Notes: generated by a model not told the origin, from the sequence alone. A DNA stretch of 19,189 nucleotides from a virus (IMGVR_UViG_2872180393_000006:1-19189), one strand, 5' to 3'. Counted from the first letter of the stretch, positions 8,729 to 16,334 are shown. Numbers and translations are program-made.

Positions 8729-9031
8729 TTAACGCGTATTTTTCAGCGACTCCTGTGCAAAATACGCTGTTGCTTTTTTTAATATATCTCGCTCAAGGCG
8801 AGCTTCATTTAACGCCTTACGCAGTTGCAGAATTTCAGATTCCAGTTCAGCCACCGTGCGGGAACCAGGAGTACCGAGCCCTTTTCTGGCGGCGGTAACC
8901 CATTGTCCTAAAGTGCCTTCAGGAAGGGATAATCGGGAAGCGCCTTCACTGATCGAAAGTTGATTTTCAGGAACCGTTCTGACAGCTTCGGCTTTGAACT
9001 CTTTAGAGTAACGTTGGGTTTTTCTGCTCAT
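8729..9031 (-). CDS. IS600 OrfA (HTH transposase subunit)
   Basis: 100 aa, MSRKTQRYSKEFKAEAVRTV..., ending shortly after the A7 slippery site. Confidence 0.9.
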   Translation of the reverse strand: MSRKTQRYSKEFKAEAVRTVPENQLSISEGASRLSLPEGTLGQWVTAARKGLGTPGSRTVAELESEILQLRKALNEARLERDILKKATAYFAQESLKNTR

Positions 9032-9280
9032 TATTAGCTCCTTCTGATGCCATTCTATTTCAGGAAGGAGTGTCCGTTAAACTCAGGCTACCTCACAGCC
9101 GAAACCTCCAGCGCCTCCGGCATGGGCAATGATGCCACCGTCGAACTCTCTCCAGTTGCTGGACGAAACGTTCTCGGTATCCGGGACGGAATCATCAGCG
9201 ACCAGACAGCATTGAGAATGCTTCAGGAGTACATCAGGATCCAATGCCTTGGGGGTGCCCCTATTAAGTTGTCAAGCATG

Positions 9281-10475
9281 TTATGACCCCTGCGGGGTAT
9301 AAAAAGTCCCGTCGCGCATCATGGCGAACAGAACGTCGCAGCGTCGTCTCGCCAGGGCGATAAGCGCCTGATTGTGTCGTTTTCCCTGACTCATTTTGCG
9401 GGTGTAGTAAGCCCTGGAGAGCGGATCCCTGAGCGCGGCGAAGGCCGACAGGAACAACGCCCGTTTGAGAGCTTTATTACCCCGTCGCGAGGGATGCTCA
9501 CCGCGTATTGACGAGCCGGATCGCCGAGTTACCGGCGCAAGGCCAGCATAAGCAGCGAGATGTGCGGCAGAGGCGAAGGCGCGGCAGGCGACCTCGGTGA
9601 GGAGTCTGGCTGCGGTCCTGACACCGACTCCGGGCATACTGGTCAGGACCGGGTAAAGAGGGTGAGCAAGAACTCGCTGTTCTACCTCAAGCGCCACCTC
9701 GTCTCTTTGCTTACGCAGCGTGATGAGCTGGAGTGCCAGACGTGGCAGTACTACGGCAGCGGCATTCGTGCCGGGAACGACGACGGTTTGTTCGGCCAGT
9801 GCCTGAGCTATGTCTGCTGCAAGGCGTTTACCCAGACGAGGCGCAAGTTTGCAGAGCTGGGCTGCCAGCTTCTTCTCACCCAGCGAAGCGAGTTTTTCTG
9901 GTGAGGGATATCGCTGGAGAAGATCGAGTACCGCCGGGTGCTCAAGTCTCGGACCGAGAACGCGCTCCAGTGCCGGATGTATCTGGGTCAGAAGGCCGCG
10001 GATACGGTTGCTGGCCTGCGTTGTCTGTGCGGCAAGATCATCATCGACCGCAGAGCATGGAGAGTTCGGCGATTTGCTCGTCAGCCAGTTTCAGCGTGCG
10101 TAGCGCGTGAGGCAGGGTACGGGCAGCTTCGGCAATGATGGCAGCGTCACGAGCATCAGTTTTAGCTTCACCGGCGTGTAAGTCGGCTATGCGGCGCATG
10201 GCCAGTCCAGGGAGGTATCCGACAAGGACTCCTTCTGAGCGGGCAACGGCGACAGGTAACGCACCGATGGTAGCTGGCTGATCAACAACCAGCAGTATCT
10301 GACCATGTTGTTTCAGGTCAGATATTAGCGACCTGAGTTTGTTTTCGTCGTTGGGTAATGCTTTATCGAACAGGCGTTTACCTGAACGATTAATGGCAAC
10401 AGCGTGATGCGTATCTTTACCGACATCAACGCCGATAAAGACCTGGACGGATTCGTAATCGCTGGATTCGGTCAT
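9281..10475 (-). CDS. IS110-family DEDD transposase, reading frame interrupted at the same place as in copy 1
   Basis: ORFs 10041..10475 and 9281..9697 give the same 144-aa and 138-aa products as in copy 1. Confidence 0.8.
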
Positions 10476-10484
10476 TCTGTCTCC

Positions 10485-10684
10485 CTTGTATATGGGTTAA
10501 CCAGATAACCACGGGGAGCAGGTACCGGCATCCACGTTACAGACGGTCCCGGCAAAAGTGCCTGACCTGACCCCTATTAGCGGTTACCAGCGCCCCACCA
10601 GACCCGGTGACATCACCCCCCGGATCATGGACGACTGGGGGCAGTAATCATGCCGGGTCTGGCTGGCTAACACCCCATTATAAG
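10485..10684 (-). ncRNA. Predicted bridge RNA region of IS110-family copy 2
   Basis: Same left-end non-coding sequence as copy 1; see feature 3600..3800. Confidence 0.3.
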
Positions 10685-10794
10685 GGGTACGAATAAAGTA
10701 ACGGGGCGGTAATTTTACTCATTATCCTTCAAATCAGATTCTGTTGTCAGAGGAATGGGGGAAGCTGGATTCGCAAGAGCTTTTTATGGGCAGT

Positions 10795-11307
10795 TTAGCT
10801 AAAAAAAGGCAACACGAAGCTAAAACTACCAACATAAAGTGCTGACCAGCTAGCAGCTGAAATCAGACTCACTGTATACACTTTCACTGGATGAAGTTGC
10901 AACATTCCTGCCACCAAAGGAGCAATATAACGCAGCACGGCGATAAAGCGCGAAGTGAAAAGTATTGACACAGAGTTATTTTGCAACTGAAGGCGAACCC
11001 GTTCTATTGTATTGGAACGACTCGATATTATACATGCAAGTTGAGGGATATGCCCAATTATTATACCAAGATGGTAATTAACGATAGTACCGCACCATGC
11101 GCCACTCATGACCGTGATTCCAGCTTCCCATGGTGAAAGAGTCGTCTTGCTGACTGTAATTATAGTGGCCATCATAATTGATGCTGGTGGCAATATCGCC
11201 GAAATGAGTAAAGTGGATTTTGTGAACGCTATTATAAAAAGAAGCCCCCATAGGCGATATGGATGAAGTACAAAATAGTTCATCAAAGCATTTATCCACT
11301 CCATCAA
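10795..11307 (-). CDS. DedA-family (SNARE-associated/TVP38-like) inner membrane protein
   Basis: 170-aa hydrophobic ORF with the DedA-like motif ...FTSRFIAVLRYIAPLVAGM... and an AGGAAAG SD. The surrounding DNA is noticeably AT-rich compared with the flanking phage sequence. Confidence 0.55.
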   Translation of the reverse strand: MMEWINALMNYFVLHPYRLWGLLFIIAFTKSTLLISAILPPASIMMATIITVSKTTLSPWEAGITVMSGAWCGTIVNYHLGIIIGHIPQLACIISSRSNTIERVRLQLQNNSVSILFTSRFIAVLRYIAPLVAGMLQLHPVKVYTVSLISAASWSALYVGSFSFVLPFFS

Positions 11308-11541
11308 TGTCTTTCCTTCTGTGAATTTTTCTTTGCTATTTAACCGTGATACGACTTAATTTAGGCTTAAACACCTTACATTTACAAGGTACTCCTGTGG
11401 GGGGCCTGCCACGGAGCGTGGCAGGAGTGAGTGATGAGGAAGAATTAAAGCAACCTATTGTGACAGGCAGCGATAACAGTAAATCACAGGAAGCATAATC
11501 ATGGCAAAACCGTAAGCGCCCCGAGAAGTACGTAGCGTAAG

Positions 11542-12806
11542 TGAGGTAGCCTGAGTTTAACGGACACTCCTTCCTGAAATAGAATGGCATCAGAAGGAGC
11601 TAATAATGAGCAGAAAAACCCAACGTTACTCTAAAGAGTTCAAAGCCGAAGCTGTCAGAACGGTTCTTGAAAATCAACTTTCGATCAGTGAAGGCGCTTC
11701 CCGATTATCCCTTCCTGAAGGCACTTTAGGACAATGGGTTACCGCCGCCAGAAAAGGGCTCGGTACTCCTGGTTCCCGCACGGTGGCTGAACTGGAATCT
11801 GAAATTCTGCAACTGCGTAAGGCGTTAAATGAAGCTCGCTTTGAGCGAGATATATTAAAAAAAAGCAACAGCGTATTTTGCACAGGAGTCGCTGAAAAAT
11901 ACGCGTTAATCGAACAATGGCGACAACAATTTCCCATTGAAGCGATGTGTCAGGTATTTGGTGTATCCAGGAGCGGTTATTACAACCGGGTACAGCATGA
12001 ACCCTCAGACAGAAAACAAAGTGATGAGCGGCTAAAACTGGAGATTAAGGTGGCACATATCCGCACTCGCGAAACATATGGAACCCGGCGGCTCCAGACG
12101 GAGCTGGCAGAGAATGGCATCATCGTTGGTCGTGACCGACTGGCACGTCTTCGTAAGGAGCTAAGGCTACGCTGTAAGCAGAAACGCAAGTTCAGAGCGA
12201 CTACGAACCCGAACCACAATCTGCCAGTTGCGCCAAATCTGCTGAACCAGACGTTCGCTCCTACAGCACCAAATCAGGTCTGGGTGGCGGACCTGACGTA
12301 TGTTGCCACACAGGAGGGATGGTTGTACCTCGCTGGCATCAAAGATGTTTATACGTGCGAAATTGTCGGCTACGCCATGGGAGAGCGCATGACAAAAGAG
12401 CTGACAGGTAAAGCCCTGTTTATGGCGCTCAGGAGCCAGCGCCCACCTGCCGGGCTAATCCACCACTCTGATCGAGGTTCACAGTACTGCGCATACGATT
12501 ACCGGGTCATACAGGAGCAGTTTGGTCTGAAAACATCAATGTCGCGTAAAGGTAACTGTTACGACAACGCTCCGATGGAAAGCTTCTGGGGAACGCTGAA
12601 AAATGAGAGCCTGAGCCACTATCGTTTTAATAACCGGGATGAAGCCATCTCAGTAATACGGGAATACATTGAGATTTTCTACAATCGTCAGCGTCGTCAC
12701 TCTCGTCTGGGGAATATCTCCCCGGCAGCCTTCAGGGAAAAATATCATCAGATGGCTGCTTAAAAAAAGAACAAATGGTAGTGTCCGCTATTGCCAGTAC
12801 ACCTCA
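11542..12806 (+). mobile_element. IS600 (IS3 family), copy B, 1265 bp, divergent from copies A and C
   Basis: Same termini as the other copies. It has several amino-acid differences and an A8 run at 11857..11864 instead of A7. Confidence 0.9.
11606..12763 (+). CDS. IS600 transposase, orfA and orfB fused in-frame (385 aa) by one extra A in the slippery run
   Basis: The ORF track shows a single 385-aa ORF reading ...ERDILKKSNSVFCTGVAEKYALIEQW...MCQVFGV..., which is the sequence expected for the frameshifted OrfAB product. Confidence 0.85.
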   Translation: MSRKTQRYSKEFKAEAVRTVLENQLSISEGASRLSLPEGTLGQWVTAARKGLGTPGSRTVAELESEILQLRKALNEARFERDILKKSNSVFCTGVAEKYALIEQWRQQFPIEAMCQVFGVSRSGYYNRVQHEPSDRKQSDERLKLEIKVAHIRTRETYGTRRLQTELAENGIIVGRDRLARLRKELRLRCKQKRKFRATTNPNHNLPVAPNLLNQTFAPTAPNQVWVADLTYVATQEGWLYLAGIKDVYTCEIVGYAMGERMTKELTGKALFMALRSQRPPAGLIHHSDRGSQYCAYDYRVIQEQFGLKTSMSRKGNCYDNAPMESFWGTLKNESLSHYRFNNRDEAISVIREYIEIFYNRQRRHSRLGNISPAAFREKYHQMAA

Positions 12807-13200
12807 ACCCGCCGCCGCTGAAATGCGCTTTCCGGTAAACGGCCTGGACTGCATCATCATGCGCATCAATTGCCGTACTCAACGCTTCCTGCGCCGCCAG
12901 TAATGCACGGCGTTCCAGGGTATCGAAGATGCAGAGTCGGTGACGCAGCTCGCGCGGAAGAATTGCCAGAACCGCAGGGATCAGTTTCTGAATTTTTTCC
13001 CTTTGCGCTTTCGTTTCACCTTTCAACCAACGGTGATAGATATTCTGCTGATTGTTCCAGTCCTTGCCTGGTACAAGGGGCAATTCGCCGCCCCCCTGGC
13101 GCAGATATTCTTCAGTAATTGCGTTAGCGACCCACGCCTGCCCTTTTTCGGCTGCCAGGGCTAACAACACTGATTCGATGTGCTCATGCCTGATTTTCAT
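12807..13200 (-). CDS. YdaT-like prophage protein, 3'-truncated by IS600 copy B
   Basis: ORF 12760..13200; the native sequence ends at ...KAHFSGGG and the last 15 codons are IS-derived. The start overlaps the stop of the upstream Cro-like gene (ATGA), as in Rac ydaS-ydaT. Confidence 0.55.
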
Positions 13201-13439
13201 GAATCAACCGCTCCTATGCTGTTTTCGCTATGCTTACCGTCTGGGGGGAATACATCGTCAAGTCCACAATGAGCGCCAAGCCGATTAAGGGTAGAAACAA
13301 TTTTTCTGCACTCCTCTAGTCCAGGGGTACGAAAATTTGCTTCGTAATTTGCCAGTCGGCTTTGTATCCACCCTAACTGAACAGCAAGTTGTCTTTGAGA
13401 CAGCCCAAGCTGTTTTCGATATGTTGAAATTTTGTTCAT
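13197..13439 (-). CDS. Cro/DicC-like HTH (XRE-family) regulator, divergent from the repressor gene
   Basis: 80-aa ORF with an HTH (LGLSQRQLAVQLGWIQSRLANYE) and a GGAGG SD 7 nt upstream. Divergent placement next to the repressor-like gene is typical of an immunity switch. Confidence 0.6.
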   Translation of the reverse strand: MNKISTYRKQLGLSQRQLAVQLGWIQSRLANYEANFRTPGLEECRKIVSTLNRLGAHCGLDDVFPPDGKHSENSIGAVDS

Positions 13440-13467
13440 TGAAAACCTCCGATGACAATTTTAAACA

Positions 13468-13524
13468 CACCTTGTGTTATATGGTTAAACTGTTTTGTGT
13501 TTTATGTAAATCACGATTCGTGAT
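13468..13524. promoter_or_regulatory. Immunity-region operator/promoter segment with two palindromes
   Basis: AACACA-cct-TGTGTT at 13474..13488 and ATCACGA-t-TCGTGAT at 13510..13524, within the 96-bp divergent intergenic region. Confidence 0.45.
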
Positions 13525-13535
13525 AAAAGGATGCA

Positions 13536-13955
13536 ATGGAAAAAGAAAACGAAAAAATTGCCGCTAGTAGGCTCAATGACAAAATTGCAATGCGTCTTAA
13601 AGAGCGCAGGCAGAAGCTTGGTTTATCTCAAGGAAAACTTGCTGAAATCTGCGGATGGACGCAATCGCGTATAGGTAACTATGAGGCGGGCAGCAGAAAT
13701 GTTGGAGTACATGACGCTGTCGTATTGGGAAAGGCACTTGGCATATCTCCTCCTGAGCTCCTCTTTGGAGAACAGGAATCTTCTGAATTGTGGTTAAATG
13801 AATCCCAACGAAAACTTCTTGAGTTGTTTAACCAGCTACCGGGCTCAGAACAACAACGAATGATTGAGCTATTTGAAGTCCGGCTAAAAGAAATCGATGA
13901 GTATGTAGAAAAATATTTGAGAGGCAGGATTAAAGATAATCCCCCACCGGAATAA
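13536..13955 (+). CDS. DicA-like prophage repressor (N-terminal HTH_XRE, helical C-terminus, no S24 peptidase domain)
   Basis: 139-aa ORF with AAGGA SD. The HTH (LGLSQGKLAEICGWTQSRIGNYEAG) and the C-terminal LLELFNQLPGSEQQ parallel the DicA architecture (LLELFNALPESEQ as recalled). Confidence 0.7.
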   Translation: MEKENEKIAASRLNDKIAMRLKERRQKLGLSQGKLAEICGWTQSRIGNYEAGSRNVGVHDAVVLGKALGISPPELLFGEQESSELWLNESQRKLLELFNQLPGSEQQRMIELFEVRLKEIDEYVEKYLRGRIKDNPPPE

Positions 13956-13985
13956 TGATCTTGCTATCACAGTAATATGCCAATC

Positions 13986-14009
13986 AGCCCGCTATCAGCG
14001 GGCTTTTTT
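13986..14009 (+). terminator. Rho-independent terminator after the repressor gene
   Basis: AGCCCGCT-atc-AGCGGGCT perfect 8-bp stem followed by TTTTTT. Confidence 0.6.
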
Positions 14010-14051
14010 GTAGCATCATCATATGACACCCACCATAAAACACATTGCGTG

Positions 14052-14080
14052 TTGACACAAGAAAACAATTTGTGTTTAAT
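14052..14080 (+). promoter_or_regulatory. Candidate sigma-70 promoter of the dicB operon with an embedded operator-like inverted repeat
   Basis: TTGACA (14052..14057), 17-bp spacer, TTTAAT (14075..14080). The spacer carries ACACAA...TTGTGT, the same half-sites as the immunity-region palindrome. Confidence 0.5.
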
Positions 14081-14260
14081 AAGCATATCCAAACAACGCC
14101 CCACCAGAGAACGGCAGGACAATACCTCGAGTTATCCAGTCACTGAACAGGGCTAAGTAGCCAGCCTGAGGCATACGAACATGACGGCAGTTGTTGATTG
14201 ATACAAAGCGCAGTAGATAAAACGTTCCGCCACCCGGCGTTAAGGGGAAATGGGGTCAAC

Positions 14261-14416
14261 ATGAATACTATCGATCTTGGCAACAACGAATCTCTGGTAT
14301 GTGGTGTGTTTCCCAATCAAGACGGCACATTCACCGCCATGACGTATACCAAAAGCAAAACGTTTAAAACCGAAGCTGGCGCACGTCGTTGGTTGGGAAG
14401 ACATTCAGGTGAGTAA
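14261..14416 (+). CDS. ydfA: YdfA-like small protein (51 aa), first gene of the dicB operon
   Basis: MNTIDLGNNESLVCGVFPNQDGTFTAMTYTKSKTFKTEAGARRWLGRHSGE. The track ORF 14198..14416 begins at a TTG; the internal ATG at 14261 gives the 51-aa length recalled for K-12 YdfA. Confidence 0.7.
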   Translation: MNTIDLGNNESLVCGVFPNQDGTFTAMTYTKSKTFKTEAGARRWLGRHSGE

Positions 14417-14417
14417 A

Positions 14418-14621
14418 ATGAACGAGACAGAATTAAAACACGTTATCGCTCTACTCCCAGAAGATGCAAAACGCCTCCAGCAACTGGAGCCAAATGCAGG
14501 CACTGGGGCACGCATCTGGCTGGCTAAAGAAGCGCTGGAATCTGGCGATTATGATAGCGAAGAAGCCTTCTACAAAGCAGAAGGCCGTGCAGGATATTCA
14601 CCGGGTCTTGGCGGGGTATAA
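14418..14621 (+). CDS. ydfB: YdfB-like small protein
   Basis: MNETELKHVIALLPEDAKRLQQLEPNAGTGARIWLAKEALES...; the ATG lies 1 nt after the ydfA stop. The C-terminal tail overlaps the convergent gene and may be longer than in K-12. Confidence 0.6.
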   Translation: MNETELKHVIALLPEDAKRLQQLEPNAGTGARIWLAKEALESGDYDSEEAFYKAEGRAGYSPGLGGV

Positions 14622-14894
14622 ATACCATGCGCATTGACTGAATTCACAAACAAAAACAGACGCGCGATACCCGGATAGTCGGTCTGCATAGTCAGATATC
14701 TGGCTGCGAATTTGATAAATATCACCGCCCTTTTCGGAAACATAAGTTCCGTCCGGGAGTTGATTATACGAACCATCTCCATGGGGGATCGTTCTCCTGA
14801 ATCCTAGTGAGAGCATATATTTATGAAGCCCTTCGTAATCCTCTGGCTCAGCATTATATAGTTCTACTCTGGCGAGATACGTTGGCATATTCAT
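14598..14894 (-). CDS. Hypothetical protein (98 aa), convergent to the dicB operon at the position K-12 has ydfC
   Basis: Uninterrupted ORF with a strong SD (TAAGGAAA) 5 nt before the ATG and protein-like composition. No plus-strand ORF of ydfC size exists in 14621..15060. Confidence 0.55.
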   Translation of the reverse strand: MNMPTYLARVELYNAEPEDYEGLHKYMLSLGFRRTIPHGDGSYNQLPDGTYVSEKGGDIYQIRSQISDYADRLSGYRASVFVCEFSQCAWYLYPAKTR

Positions 14895-15065
14895 TTCCTT
14901 ACTGGTTGTGTGAGAACTTCAGTAAAGATACCACCAAAGCCCGGAGGTGGTGAAATAAAACCGGGCACAACACGAAGGCGCATTTCCGGTATCCATAAAG
15001 AGTCGGTCTTGTCTGTTAAATTTAAATGGTGGGAGTGCGCCTCCGGTTGTAAATAACGACATTGC

Positions 15066-15123
15066 TGTGTGAAGTACTAGTTGGCGGCATCGGTTTAATT
15101 GCTGGCTGATGTCCGCCCTTTTT
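15066..15123 (+). ncRNA. dicF: DicF-like sRNA (Qin-type cell-division inhibitor RNA), variant
   Basis: The terminator stem-loop GGCGGCATC...GATGTCCGCC plus TTTTT and the following AAAGTGAATTTTGTGATG.GGTGAATGCGGCT.AGCGCACGCGGAAC match the 3' half and downstream region of K-12 dicF as recalled. It sits at the correct operon position, between the ydfB side and dicB. The 5' part differs from K-12. Confidence 0.55.
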
Positions 15124-15289
15124 AAAGTGAATTTTGTGATGCGGTGAATGCGGCTCAGCGCACGCGGAACAGTTAAAACAGTAAGGAAAATCCCTTATTC
15201 CGGCGTTAATTGTTAACTGGTTAACGTCACCTGGAGGCACCAGGCACCGCATCAACAAAGTTCACTTCGGTGATGAAAGGAAAGAGAAA

Positions 15290-16135
15290 ATGTTGAATGT
15301 AGCTATTGAAAACCAGAACGGGTGGAATTATAGTGCACCTGCACCTCATAAAACGGGTGCCGGGATTGCTACCCCGAAGTCATTCACGGCGCATAACCGC
15401 GCTCAGGCGGTTTTTTTATGCGTAATGCACAGCCACATTCAAATTATGGTGGGGCGTGCGGGGCAGTCGCAAGACTGGCCGGGTTCCGTGATGACCGGTT
15501 GTAGCAACCCTGTACGTCTCACCACCCATGAGATTGCTACCTCCGGTGGTGAGTTAATCAAATTCATCGCGGAGGCTGCCATCATGGCTACTACCCTTTC
15601 TCACCCTTGTGTAACCGTAGAAAACGGTCGCGCTGTCACTACGTCTGTTGCGGTTGCAGAGTTCTTCCACAAACGACACGACAATGTGTTACGTGCCATC
15701 GCAAATATTGAATGCTCAGATAAATTTACTGCCCTCAATTTTGAGGCGAGCGAATACACCGACTCAACCGGGCGCAAACTCCCAATGTACCAAATCACCA
15801 AAAACGGCTTCGTTTTCCTGGTTATGGGATTCACTGGCAAAAAAGCCGCTGCATTCAAAGAAGCCTACATTGCTGAGTTCGACCGCATGGAGGCCGAACT
15901 GCGCCAGAATAACACCCCACCTGCTGACAAGATGATTCCGGGTGATGGTCGCACTCTGGTTGTTCACTTCGACAAATTCGGCAATGTCGAATTCACCGAA
16001 ACCGTTCCTGATGGCGCACTGGTCTGTAGCCTGGAGACTTTCCGGTTTTATCTGGAAAAACAGGGATGGACTCTTGTTAACCGGGGCGCAATTAAAAATA
16101 TGACTGTGGAACAATTACTCAAAATTCATTGTTGA
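15290..16135 (+). CDS. Phage regulatory protein Rha family; the Rha domain starts near residue 100, so the start may instead be the ATG at 15584
   Basis: VTTSVAVAEFFHKRHDNVLRAI...FTALNFEASEYTDSTGRKLPMYQITKNGFVFLVMGFTGKKAAAFKEAYIAEFDRMEAEL is a classic Phage_pRha signature. ATG 15290 has an AGGAAAGAG SD and ATG 15584 has a GGAGG SD; the N-terminal 98 codons have no recognisable domain. Confidence 0.6.
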   Translation: MLNVAIENQNGWNYSAPAPHKTGAGIATPKSFTAHNRAQAVFLCVMHSHIQIMVGRAGQSQDWPGSVMTGCSNPVRLTTHEIATSGGELIKFIAEAAIMATTLSHPCVTVENGRAVTTSVAVAEFFHKRHDNVLRAIANIECSDKFTALNFEASEYTDSTGRKLPMYQITKNGFVFLVMGFTGKKAAAFKEAYIAEFDRMEAELRQNNTPPADKMIPGDGRTLVVHFDKFGNVEFTETVPDGALVCSLETFRFYLEKQGWTLVNRGAIKNMTVEQLLKIHC

Positions 16136-16145
16136 GGACGCAATA

Positions 16146-16334
16146 ATGGAGACGTTATTACCAAACGTTAATACGTCTGAAGGTTGTTTTGAAATTGGTG
16201 TCACTATCAGTAACCCTGTATTTACTGAAGATGCCATTAACAAGAGAAAACACGAACGGGAGCTATTAAATAAAATATGCATTGTTTCAATGCTGGCTCG
16301 TTTACGTCTGATGCCAAAAGGATGTGCACAATGA
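16146..16334 (+). CDS. dicB: Cell division inhibitor DicB (62 aa)
   Basis: METLLPNVNTSEGCFEIGVTISNPVFTEDAINKRKHERELLNKICIVSMLARLRLMPKGCAQ is near-identical to E. coli K-12 DicB as recalled. GAGGA SD; start 10 nt after the Rha stop. Confidence 0.9.
   Translation: METLLPNVNTSEGCFEIGVTISNPVFTEDAINKRKHERELLNKICIVSMLARLRLMPKGCAQ

Larger units (their letters stand above)
7832..9095 (-). mobile_element. IS600 (IS3 family), copy A, 1264 bp
   Basis: Ends are TGAGGTAGCC...GGTGTACCTCA-type 5'-TG...CA-3' termini shared by all three copies. It carries orfA and orfB in the 0/-1 arrangement with an A7 slippery run. Confidence 0.9.
9251..10706 (-). mobile_element. IS110-family insertion sequence, copy 2 (1456 bp), inverted relative to copy 1
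   Basis: Near-identical to copy 1, with one extra C in a C-run of the left end. Its flanks are unrelated to those of copy 1. Confidence 0.85.

Noticed and set aside
8419-8898. ORFs on the opposite strand inside the IS600 copies (8419..8658, 8701..8898, 11674..11937, 11980..12219, 17317..17556, 17599..17796)
   Set aside because: They are antisense shadows of the orfA/orfB genes, are repeated identically in every copy, and have no independent start signals.
9047-9286. ORFs beginning MPFYFRKECPLNSGYL (9047..9286 and 11336..11590)
   Set aside because: They start inside the IS600 end and simply read outward through whatever flanks the element; the downstream sequence is unrelated in each copy. 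The third instance (17945) is kept only as a possible fusion to the integrase.
3578-10706. Inversion of the 4.2-kb segment between the two inverted IS110-family copies
   Set aside because: The tail-fibre gene is colinear across copy 1 (N-terminal fragment, IS, rest of the gene) and the baseplate genes keep the expected order and strand, so no inversion is needed to explain the present arrangement.
15022-15258. Minus-strand ORF 15022..15258 overlapping the dicF-like region
   Set aside because: It covers the sRNA terminator and downstream region, has no ribosome-binding site and an implausible product; the conserved dicF-like sequence explains the region better.
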